From Gammaproteobacteria bacterium (GTDB taxonomy: Bacteria > Pseudomonadota > Gammaproteobacteria > CAJXQU01): a stretch of 64,000 nucleotides of DNA. Shown in pieces: positions 20,593 through 29,250 of this stretch; the stretch's first letter is position 1; every line of letters begins with the position of its first letter. Location of the stretch: NCBI GenBank assembly GCA_965238175.1, contig CBDEGZ010000003.1:2880001-2944000 (forward strand), written 5' to 3'. Made by a program: the position numbers and the translations under genes. The notes below the pieces were generated by a model. The model saw only the letters and a program-made list of their open reading frames with translations, was not told where the DNA came from and searched no databases.

Positions 20593-22032
20593 CTAAACTT
20601 CTGAGGATCGAACCACCATCATTTTTTTGATCTGCATATCGTGCATAGTGTGTGGAATTCCCCCGACACCAAGACCAGACTGTTTCAAACCTGCAAATGG
20701 CATCCAATCAACGCGAAAAGCCGTGTGATCATTAACCATCACTGCAGACGCATCCAAATTTGAATAGGCTCTTAAGGCAGTATCGATGTCCTTCGTGAAA
20801 ACAGATGCCTGGAAAGCAACTGGCAAAGAATTCGCGCGTTCAATTGCATTGTCCATATCTGAATAAGAATAAACACAAACGACAGGACCAAATATTTCAG
20901 CGTTGGAAACACGGACATTATCTGGTGGGTTAAGTAAAACTGTCGGCGCGTAACAAGTGTCAGATAACTTTTCACCACCACAAAGCAGCTCGGCTCCTGC
21001 ATCAACGGCCTCGGTCACCCACTCATGAACACGATCAACTTCATTTGGCCTAATAAGAGGTCCGATATCAGTCTCGACTAATACAGGATTGCCGACGTTC
21101 AAGTTTTTAGCCTCAACAACTAAACGATCAGCGACTTTTTTAGCAATAGTTTCATAAACAAATACACGTTGAACTGAGACGCAAACCTGGCCTGCGTGAT
21201 AGAAACCACCTTTGGCCATCACAGGAATACCGGCCTCCAAATCCGCATCTTCTGCAACAATTACCGGTGCTGCGCCACCGTGCTCTAGAGCACAACGTGT
21301 TCCAGGAGCCAATTGCGATCGCAACATCCAACCGACGCGCGCACTGCCGATAAAAGTAAAAAATCCTACACGTTCATCCGTTACCAGTTTCGTGGCCACA
21401 TCAAGATTATTAACAGTTAATGCCTGACACCACTCATCTGGCAATCCTGCTTCGCGTAAAATTTCGACAAATCGAAAACATGAAATAGGCGTATCTTCCG
21501 CCGGTTTGACGATCACCGGACAACCTGTCGCAATTGCTGGCGCAACCTGGTGAACAATTAAATTCAGAGGATGATTGAAGGCACTAACCGCGACAACAAC
21601 ACCAATGGGTTCAGATCGAGTAAAGGCCATGCGTCCGCTAGATGCGGCATTAAGGCCCATTGGGATTTCTTCCCCGGCTTCAGTTCTTAGTGTTTCAACA
21701 CACAGTTTCATCCCATCAATTGCACGTATAACTTCAACACGAGAATCATTAAGCGGTTTGCCACCTTCTCGGGCAGCTTCAACAACCAGATCATCAAAAC
21801 GATGCTGCATAATCTCTGCAGCTCGCTCTAGAATTTCAATCCGTTCAGGAGGAGATAACCAACGACTTCGGTCACGATATAAGGCATAAGCCGTAGACAA
21901 TGCGATCTCAACAGCCGCTGCATCAGCCGTATCAGTCGTTGCAATAAGACTACGATCAAAAGGTGCAAAAATTTCCAACAAGCCATCTGTTGTAGTGGCG
22001 CCTGGAATCATTAAAGAAAAGTGCAACGTCAT
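20593..22032 (-). CDS. Aldehyde dehydrogenase family protein
   Basis: AFNHPL, FIGS, LEHGG, AGQVCVS, EIFGP. Confidence 0.92.
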   Translation of the reverse strand: MTLHFSLMIPGATTTDGLLEIFAPFDRSLIATTDTADAAAVEIALSTAYALYRDRSRWLSPPERIEILERAAEIMQHRFDDLVVEAAREGGKPLNDSRVEVIRAIDGMKLCVETLRTEAGEEIPMGLNAASSGRMAFTRSEPIGVVVAVSAFNHPLNLIVHQVAPAIATGCPVIVKPAEDTPISCFRFVEILREAGLPDEWCQALTVNNLDVATKLVTDERVGFFTFIGSARVGWMLRSQLAPGTRCALEHGGAAPVIVAEDADLEAGIPVMAKGGFYHAGQVCVSVQRVFVYETIAKKVADRLVVEAKNLNVGNPVLVETDIGPLIRPNEVDRVHEWVTEAVDAGAELLCGGEKLSDTCYAPTVLLNPPDNVRVSNAEIFGPVVCVYSYSDMDNAIERANSLPVAFQASVFTKDIDTALRAYSNLDASAVMVNDHTAFRVDWMPFAGLKQSGLGVGGIPHTMHDMQIKKMMVVRSSEV

Positions 22033-22200
22033 AAATACCCCTCAGTAGCTATTCTTGTTTGTTAAGCAATGAACGTGCCTTGTCTCAATAGAAAAAATAT
22101 TGAGGCAAATCATCATATTACATTTGAGTAGACTACGGCTAACCCGACAAGTTTAAAAATGCGAAATACTGCTTTTTATCATCCGGTTAAACCGGTTGCT

Positions 22201-23187
22201 TTAGAAAGAAGTTTTGAGGTGATTAAGAGAATCAACCATTGAATATGATAGAGATACGCGATCACTAATTTGGTTTGGAATAGACTTCAACTTTTCGATC
22301 TTTTCTAATCTTTTCAATAAGCCACATTGATTAGCAATCTGGATACTCAGTCCAGGACGGGCATTCATTTCGAGCATCAAAGGGCCATGAGTTCGATCAA
22401 GAACAATATCGACGCCAAGATAGCCAAGTTCTGCCAAGTCGTAACATTGTGCCGTTAGATGGAGAATTTTATCCCATTCAGGAATTTTTAAGCCGATAAT
22501 AGAAACACCTGTATCTGGATGTCGATCAATAATCTGTTCATGCCAAACGCCTGAAGACGTTACACCTGTTTTCAGATCAATTCCCACACCAATTGCGCCT
22601 TGATGCAAATTTGCTTTTCCATCAGACATGCGTGTGGGCAATCGGATCATTGCCATCACTGGCACTCCACGAAAGACGATCGTTCGAATATCAGGAACCC
22701 CCTGGTAACTAACATCGGAAAAAATGGGATCAAATTCTACTCGCTGCTCAATTAAAGCAGTGTCTGACAAACCACCCAAACTATACATACCACTGAGAAT
22801 ATTCGAGATATGATATGCAAGCTCCTGCGTTGAGATCAGCTGTCCATTACTTTTCCTGAATCCATGCGAAGTGCGAGCTGTGATCACAAGAATTCCTTCT
22901 CCACCACTACCATGTGAAGATTTTACGACAAAATCCTGATATTGCTCCAACTGCTCAGAAATTGTTCTGATCTGTTTTTCTATCTCAACAACTGCGTAAA
23001 GTTTCGGAACGGTAACACCCGCAGCTTCCGCCAGGCGCTTAGTCTTCACCTTGTCATCAACAAGAGGATAACGAGAACGTTGGTTATATACGGCAATAAA
23101 ATCACCATTACGTTTATTCATTCCCAAGATACCCTGGGCTTTTAAACGTCGCCAGGGAAGAAAATGATCTAAGTTAAGTGCCGTCAT
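22201..23187 (-). CDS. Alpha-L-glutamate ligase-like ATP-grasp protein (RimK-related)
   Basis: GMNKRN, VDDK, GSGGEG, GKANLHQG, LEMNARPGL. Confidence 0.9.
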   Translation of the reverse strand: MTALNLDHFLPWRRLKAQGILGMNKRNGDFIAVYNQRSRYPLVDDKVKTKRLAEAAGVTVPKLYAVVEIEKQIRTISEQLEQYQDFVVKSSHGSGGEGILVITARTSHGFRKSNGQLISTQELAYHISNILSGMYSLGGLSDTALIEQRVEFDPIFSDVSYQGVPDIRTIVFRGVPVMAMIRLPTRMSDGKANLHQGAIGVGIDLKTGVTSSGVWHEQIIDRHPDTGVSIIGLKIPEWDKILHLTAQCYDLAELGYLGVDIVLDRTHGPLMLEMNARPGLSIQIANQCGLLKRLEKIEKLKSIPNQISDRVSLSYSMVDSLNHLKTSF

Positions 23188-24731
23188 TAAATCGTCGCCC
23201 TAAATCGCCAAAGTTCAGTCAAGCGATAGCCTGTATATCGGCCTAATAACAAAGTCGCAGCAAGTATGATCAAAAGTATTTCAGGGAATACAAATATCTG
23301 ATGATTCAGTGTCTCATTACTCATCACTAAAAAACCAAGCGAAGCAACGACCATACTTCCGATCCCTTGTTGTAGCGCTTCCCCTGGCCCATGCTCTTCC
23401 CAAACCAGCGACATACGCTCTATGGTCATGGCTAAAATAACCATTGGAAATAAAGCCACTGACAAACCATGTTCGAAACCCAATTTATAGCTAATAACTG
23501 TCACAATCGTCATTAATATGATCACAATAATCAAAACTGCGGCAAGTCTCGGTACCAGTAAAAGTTTTAAATATTCCATATAAAATCTGATTGCTAGCCC
23601 AAGCGCGACAATGAGAGTAAAAAGTGCAATTCCCCAAATTAGATCTGTTTCTCGAAAAGCAAGCGCGATCAAAATCGGCATAAAAGTACCAAAGGTTTTT
23701 ATACCAATGATGTTGCGTAGAAATACGATCAAAAAAGCACCTAACGGCACCATTAACAAAATGCGGTAGACATTCTGCGTTTCAATTGGAAGACTGAAAA
23801 GTGAAAACTCCACTGCCCGCGAACCCAATTTTCGAGCTCTTTGCTCGGCAAGCCTTAAAGGCTCTTGTGTATGACGACTAATCGAAAATTCCAGATCAGA
23901 TTTTTTACCACCATCGACATTAAATATTGGCGTGTCACCGATTTGCCAGATAACGGCATTTTTGGGGATTTCGGTTTCACTGTTTTGTGGATTAAATGAA
24001 AGCCACTGTTTTTCATTGTGCACTTGCAACCAAGGCATTAGTTTTCCATGCCTGAGCCCTTCCTTTAGAACGAGTATGTAGACTGTTCTTGAGGGAATTC
24101 TTGCACCAGCAAGTACTTCACGTATCAAACCAACACGTTCCTTTTTTGTGTTAACTTCGCTTAAAAGCAGTTGTACATTTTCGTCCGGCGTCTCAGAATT
24201 AAATCTGCTCAATAACTCACGTGTAAAGGTTTTAATATCGGCAGATTTTTGACGTACTTCTTCTAACAGTGCATTAACTGCCGTAGCTTTCCCTTCTGAA
24301 TATTCTGGGACTTTAGGATATGAAACTTCTTCTTTATTACTTTTTTGATCTTCTTTTTTTTGTCCGGCTAACTCTTCATTGGTGTCACGCGCGAGTTGCA
24401 ATTGATAATAAAGAACTTGTTCATTTGATGCCCGTCTAACCGCCCACTCAGCAATGCGGTTTTCTTTATCATCCTCTACTGCAAGACCATATTTTCCCGA
24501 GACATAATTTTCATCAACAATAACATAACCTGAGGGTAATCTTGGCAAGGTGAGTTGCGCCTTAATCGGGCCTTCTTTCGCTTCAAAAGCCAACCTCGCT
24601 TCTACGCTCCAAACTTCAATTTCTTCACTTGGAAACAAAGGTAAACCAAGTTTTGTTACTTTAAAATAAATTAAAGATACAGCGATCAAAAACAACGCCA
24701 GTGCGAGTAACCTTACGTGCAGATTCCTCAA
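23187..24731 (-). CDS. Inactive transglutaminase fused to 7TM domain
   Basis: N-terminal TM, WSVEARL, GTFMPILIALAF, FPMVIL..TIER, GRYTGYRL.EL.RF. Confidence 0.88.
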   Translation of the reverse strand: MRNLHVRLLALALFLIAVSLIYFKVTKLGLPLFPSEEIEVWSVEARLAFEAKEGPIKAQLTLPRLPSGYVIVDENYVSGKYGLAVEDDKENRIAEWAVRRASNEQVLYYQLQLARDTNEELAGQKKEDQKSNKEEVSYPKVPEYSEGKATAVNALLEEVRQKSADIKTFTRELLSRFNSETPDENVQLLLSEVNTKKERVGLIREVLAGARIPSRTVYILVLKEGLRHGKLMPWLQVHNEKQWLSFNPQNSETEIPKNAVIWQIGDTPIFNVDGGKKSDLEFSISRHTQEPLRLAEQRARKLGSRAVEFSLFSLPIETQNVYRILLMVPLGAFLIVFLRNIIGIKTFGTFMPILIALAFRETDLIWGIALFTLIVALGLAIRFYMEYLKLLLVPRLAAVLIIVIILMTIVTVISYKLGFEHGLSVALFPMVILAMTIERMSLVWEEHGPGEALQQGIGSMVVASLGFLVMSNETLNHQIFVFPEILLIILAATLLLGRYTGYRLTELWRFRATI

Positions 24732-25327
24732 GGTTCATTCTCCAACGTTCCTTTTTCACCTGGTAACTCTTTCACACTATTTTTCTCATGATTCTGCAAA
24801 AGTTTTCTGCATTTTTTTGGAGTGATTTTAGTCGTGAAAGTAGATGATGGATCAACAATAATCCCTTGCTGCATCATCCGACGACCAAGTAAAACATGAT
24901 AGTTAAAACGACTACGATCTATCAAACTAAATTCGCTAGTATAGACATGCCCATCGAGACAGAATGTCATTTCTACAACCGGACGAATTTGTGCTGCTTC
25001 TTTATGTCTTTTTATTTTAACTTCGCGAACAAGAGGAACCTCTATGAGTTTTAGACTACTTTGATCTTCGGGATCTGTTGTACTAAAACGCACCCACTCC
25101 TTATCGTCACGTTTAAAGCGCTTAATATCAACGGCATGTAATGATGATGTTTTTGCACCTGTATCAAGCTTAGCCCGAAATTTAATATCCCACGGCGCAA
25201 AGATAACACTTTCAAGCCAGCCGATTGTAATCGGTTCTTTATCCGTTTTAGCAAATAAACTGATCGGAACTATGCTCAAAAACAAGAATAGAATAATGAA
25301 GTTACAACGTATATGATTTAAATACAT
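24728..25327 (-). CDS. Secreted retropepsin-like ('ATP-dependent zinc protease' family) protein
   Basis: Signal peptide; IGWLE, AKLDTGAKTSSLHA, LLGR. Confidence 0.88.
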   Translation of the reverse strand: MYLNHIRCNFIILFLFLSIVPISLFAKTDKEPITIGWLESVIFAPWDIKFRAKLDTGAKTSSLHAVDIKRFKRDDKEWVRFSTTDPEDQSSLKLIEVPLVREVKIKRHKEAAQIRPVVEMTFCLDGHVYTSEFSLIDRSRFNYHVLLGRRMMQQGIIVDPSSTFTTKITPKKCRKLLQNHEKNSVKELPGEKGTLENEP

Positions 25328-25489
25328 GTTTTTATAAGTTAGAAATTTTTTTTAATTAGTTGCTAACCACTTAGAAACAATCTTCAATTACTTAGTTCCA
25401 CTAGAATATACTTTCTTAAATAAACTGACGACGAGTTCACAAAGACGGCAATTTTTAAGGGAATCTAATACTACAGGAAGGTAATAGTT

Positions 25490-26254
25490 TTAAGGATTTT
25501 TAGCGCCGAGAATAATGTCACATTGTTGCATTTGTTGCAGAATTTCTAAACCACCTTGTATGACTATTTCCGGTTGCGGATGCTGAAGTTCTTCAACAAT
25601 GGCCTGCAAGTGTTGTTGACCCGTTTGGTCAAAAATATCACACATTCTTTCGAGCAGCCTCGCCGTCACTGGATTTAACTCCATGAAACCAATTTCGTCG
25701 TGTCGATCACGATAAACAACGAGATAGGTTTGTTGATCAGGTTTTTCCGTGGGTAAATAACTTTTTCCAATCTTTTGTACTGGATAATCGTAGGCTAGCC
25801 GCAAAATCAAATTATTGACTAATGGAATACCTGTGAGAATCTCAGCATTTTGATCAACCTCAGAATCGTCAATTTCTCGTGTATCTATGCCAAGTGCAGA
25901 CTCGACCCATTCATAATGAGCAAGCTCGATCAAATATGGCCATTTCTCATTTTGATCAAATTCATTTTCTAAAAAACTCAAAAATTCTGTCGGTAACTTG
26001 GGGAAAAGCGGTGTGCTTGCATTATGATTGACAAAATAATTTCTAACCAGCTCATGCCATTCATCATCCATCATGATTTCACGAATAACTGGGAAATTAC
26101 TCGACATAAATCCTTCGATATTGTTGTAAAGCAAATCACGATAGATCGCCATACGCCGATCTTCGATATTGTCTGGAGCAGGATTGTTTTCTGGATCCCG
26201 ACAGTGTCGAGTGAACTCATATTGTTTTTGAATAAACTCAGGCGTGGCGGACAT
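25490..26254 (-). CDS. DUF2063 / HvfC-family RiPP maturation partner
   Basis: FTRHCRDP, RMAIYRDLLYNN, FPV, ELAHYEW; overlaps the DUF692 gene. Confidence 0.88.
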   Translation of the reverse strand: MSATPEFIQKQYEFTRHCRDPENNPAPDNIEDRRMAIYRDLLYNNIEGFMSSNFPVIREIMMDDEWHELVRNYFVNHNASTPLFPKLPTEFLSFLENEFDQNEKWPYLIELAHYEWVESALGIDTREIDDSEVDQNAEILTGIPLVNNLILRLAYDYPVQKIGKSYLPTEKPDQQTYLVVYRDRHDEIGFMELNPVTARLLERMCDIFDQTGQQHLQAIVEELQHPQPEIVIQGGLEILQQMQQCDIILGAKNP

Positions 26255-27098
26255 TTTTTTGTGGATCTACATTTAAATACCGTTGTTGAATTGCTAAAAT
26301 TTGATCAACTTCGTTTAGTAATTCATTCATCGGTGGGATATTAAAATCACGTTCTAAAAGTGTCGGAAAAACACCAAAATGATCATAAGCCACATCGAGT
26401 AATTTCCAAACTGGGTCAATAACGTCAGCACCATGTGTGTCGATGATCAAATCTTCATATTCATTATAGTGACCAGCAATATGCGCGTACGCAATCCGTT
26501 CACCCGGCAGTGATTTTAAAAATTCTTCTGCGTCATAACGATGGTTGACACTGTTTACATAAATATTGTTGATATCAATCAAAAACTGACAATCGGCTTC
26601 TTTCAAAACAGCACGAATAAATTCTATTTCAGTAAGCTCACTTGAAGGGGCTGCATAATAAGACGCGTTTTCAATGACAAATGGACGTTCGATAATTTCT
26701 TCTACTCGATGGATCCGCTTAACGACATGTTCAACGGCGTCTTCAGTAAAAGGGATTGGCATCAGATCATAAAGATGACCATCATCCGCACAATAAGTCA
26801 GGTGATCGCTATATACACGGACATTAAATCGATCAAGAAATTCTTTAATTTGCTGAAGAAAGGCTTCATCTAATGGCGCTGGACCACCGATGTTGAGTGA
26901 TAGTCCATGGCAAGTAACAGGAAGTTGATCCGCAATTGACGCAAACTTTCTACCCACAGCCCCACCAAAATCAATCCAATTTTCTGGCGCAACTTCAACA
27001 AAACCAATCTGCTCTGGAATTTGATCCTTCAGCGAGTCCAGATGAACTCGCCGAAGGCCTAATCCGGCACCTTGAACTTTATATGAATTAATCTTCAT
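26238..27098 (-). CDS. DUF692 multinuclear non-heme iron oxidative enzyme (MNIO, HvfB-like)
   Basis: GLGLR, EVAPENW, HGLSL, SDHL, EN, DINNIYVN, HIAGH, IDTHG, LLERD. Confidence 0.94.
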   Translation of the reverse strand: MKINSYKVQGAGLGLRRVHLDSLKDQIPEQIGFVEVAPENWIDFGGAVGRKFASIADQLPVTCHGLSLNIGGPAPLDEAFLQQIKEFLDRFNVRVYSDHLTYCADDGHLYDLMPIPFTEDAVEHVVKRIHRVEEIIERPFVIENASYYAAPSSELTEIEFIRAVLKEADCQFLIDINNIYVNSVNHRYDAEEFLKSLPGERIAYAHIAGHYNEYEDLIIDTHGADVIDPVWKLLDVAYDHFGVFPTLLERDFNIPPMNELLNEVDQILAIQQRYLNVDPQKNVRHA

Positions 27099-27130
27099 TT
27101 AAAAAATGCCTTTTTGACTTCTGAACAAGT

Positions 27131-27553
27131 TTATTTCAGATGGCCAACACTGCACTTAGCTGCAGAGAAACTCCCGCAAACCGCCGGATCTTTCTTACCA
27201 GTAGCTATTTTACCACCGGCATATTTAGCCATGTTATCGCCGCCGTATTGGAAGTTTCCTAATTCGACAACATTACCTTGCATGTCTACACCCTTACCAC
27301 CACATTTTCCTTCGCCACATTTGCTTGCAGCTTTCTTCTCCCCGCATTTACCTTCGCCACATTTGCCTTCAGCTTTCTTCTCTCCGCATTTGCCTTCACC
27401 GCATTTGCCTTCAGCAACTTGGTAACCTGTAGAAAGATCATTTAATGAGAAAGGATTTGTTTCAGCATTTGTTACAGGTGAAAAAGCCAGTGATACCGCA
27501 AAGGCAGTTCCAAACATTCCTACAACAGGTTTAACAGAATTCTTTTTAGACAT
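27131..27553 (-). CDS. HvfA-like RiPP precursor 2 with C-terminal extension
   Basis: Signal peptide, NPF...GY motif, six KCG motifs, then ~55 extra residues containing two more Cys. Confidence 0.85.
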   Translation of the reverse strand: MSKKNSVKPVVGMFGTAFAVSLAFSPVTNAETNPFSLNDLSTGYQVAEGKCGEGKCGEKKAEGKCGEGKCGEKKAASKCGEGKCGGKGVDMQGNVVELGNFQYGGDNMAKYAGGKIATGKKDPAVCGSFSAAKCSVGHLK

Positions 27554-27903
27554 TTTTATATTCTCCGCAATAAAATAACTATATTAAGTATGTGGTGTGC
27601 CTTCAGTATTAAAGTAACTATCAGAACACAGCCCTTTTTTAGGATAACCGTCCCCAGGCTAGAAATCCAGAACTGAATAAGCTATACCTTAACGTCCGAC
27701 TTGTTACTGACTATAGAGTTCCATACTATTATGAACGAGCGTAATTATGCCAAATCGTTTCAAGGCTTTTCGACGAGAATACGAGGGGAAATTACGGCGT
27801 TAACTATCTTTCAGTGGTTCAATAAACAGAACAGGAATAGCATAAATCATCTGAAAATCATGATTACCTAAATGCACAACGGGTGTTATTTTTCTTTAGG
27901 TAT

Positions 27904-27937
27904 AAAAAACGGACATGCTTTTTCAAACATATCCGTT
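27904..27937 (-). terminator. Probable intrinsic terminator after precursor 1
   Basis: Minus-strand stem ACGGATATG/CATGTCCGT followed by a T run. Confidence 0.6.
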
Positions 27938-27978
27938 CTTGTTTTTACGGAATAGCTAAGTAATGAAAATCAGGACGA

Positions 27979-28485
27979 TTACTTACTATCTCCACATTTA
28001 CCTTCACCACATTTGCCTTCAGCTTTTTTTGCTTTTTTAGCTTCGCCGCACTTACCTTCACCACATTTGCCTTCAGCTTTTTTTGCTTTTTTAGCTTCGC
28101 CGCACTTACCTTCACCACATTTGCCTTCAGCTTTTTTTGCTTTTTTAGCTTCGCCGCACTTACCTTCACCACATTTGCCTTCAGCTTTTTTTGCTTTTTT
28201 AGCTTCGCCGCACTTACCTTCACCACATTTGCCTTCAGCTTTTTTTGCTTTTTTAGCTTCGCCGCACTTACCTTCACCACATTTGCCTTCAGCTTTTTTT
28301 GCTTTTTTAGCTTCGCCGCACTTACCTTCACCACATTTGCCTTCAGCAACCATATATCCATTGGAGAGTTCGGACATTCCAAACGGATTTTCAGCAGCAT
28401 TTGCAAGCGGAGAAGCTGCCAATGTAACAACGAAAGCTGTACCCATGATTGCAGAAACAGGTTTAAGTGCATTTTTCTTTAACAT
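27979..28485 (-). CDS. HvfA-like RiPP precursor 1 (7 x EGKCGEGKCG, 14 Cys)
   Basis: Signal peptide, ENPF...GY, six AEGKCGEGKCGEAKKAKK units plus AEGKCGEGKCGDSK; GAGG RBS. Confidence 0.92.
   Translation of the reverse strand: MLKKNALKPVSAIMGTAFVVTLAASPLANAAENPFGMSELSNGYMVAEGKCGEGKCGEAKKAKKAEGKCGEGKCGEAKKAKKAEGKCGEGKCGEAKKAKKAEGKCGEGKCGEAKKAKKAEGKCGEGKCGEAKKAKKAEGKCGEGKCGEAKKAKKAEGKCGEGKCGDSK
27998..28347. repeat. Perfect 54-bp coding tandem repeat, about 6.5 copies
   Basis: Unit ttaccttcaccacatttgccttcagctttttttgcttttttagcttcgccgcac repeated with no visible substitution. Confidence 0.95.
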
Positions 28486-28551
28486 TATAAATTCCTCATT
28501 AAGATATTAATTGGTTACTAGTCTGATTAGATATTTCCTAGTTGCAACCTT

Positions 28552-28578
28552 ATTGACTTGGAGATACTTAAAAAGTTC
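28552..28578 (-). promoter_or_regulatory. Possible RpoE/ECF-type promoter of precursor 1
   Basis: Minus strand GAACTT-N16-TCAAT, about 66 nt upstream of the ATG. Confidence 0.45.
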
Positions 28579-28700
28579 TCAGCAGCTGTCAAAAGACATT
28601 TAATCTATGGCATAACCTTTGCATTATTAACCTAACAATTGATCAGATGTAAGAACTGATTTTTACAAAATGTACAATTAAAAGATACGGAAATAACAAA

Positions 28701-29225
28701 ATGCTGAATATTCATCCCTACCAGGAATCTCAAAAACTAATTCGTTGCAAAGTGTCTTCTGAAAAAAATTCATCGAGCATTCGTTACATAGAGTTAGAAA
28801 ATTACAAAATGTGGGAATATATGGTATCAACTAAGCATGGACTTATCATTGAGACAGATCTATCACTATGTTTATGGGTGCATGAGGAAGAGTATCTTCG
28901 AAATGAGGATGTTTATAGTCGTGCTGGAAATGTGTCAGCCGTCAATAGGTTGATGATAATGATCAACGATGAAAACCATGGTTATTATTATTCAGCCAGT
29001 CGTTTCGTTGCTTCAAAAGAAACAGAGATGGTAAAAAATATCTTGTTATCACACAAAACTAATAAAAATGGTGATGAAATGACCGATATCGAAGTCATTC
29101 CTGGCTATACTGTTGAGCAAAAAGAGCATATGGAAGAAACAATAACATCAGGTTTATCGACTGCCCCTCTACAAACAGCCAGAGCTGAAGCTAAAATTGA
29201 GATATTAGAAGAAATACTAGATTAA
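28701..29225 (+). CDS. Hypothetical protein
   Basis: 174-aa ORF filling the gap between precursor 1 and lysS; no recognised motif. Confidence 0.6.
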   Translation: MLNIHPYQESQKLIRCKVSSEKNSSSIRYIELENYKMWEYMVSTKHGLIIETDLSLCLWVHEEEYLRNEDVYSRAGNVSAVNRLMIMINDENHGYYYSASRFVASKETEMVKNILLSHKTNKNGDEMTDIEVIPGYTVEQKEHMEETITSGLSTAPLQTARAEAKIEILEEILD

Positions 29226-29250
29226 TTAAACAGAACTAACGGGAACTTTC

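Noticed and set aside
27998-28347. Possible CRISPR array
   Set aside because: Contiguous identical 54-bp units with no unique spacers; in-frame coding repeat; no cas genes
27945-28510. Alternative-frame and antisense ORFs (175 aa, 165 aa) over precursor 1
   Set aside because: Shadows of a stop-free repeat; only the EGKCG frame has an RBS, signal peptide and family context
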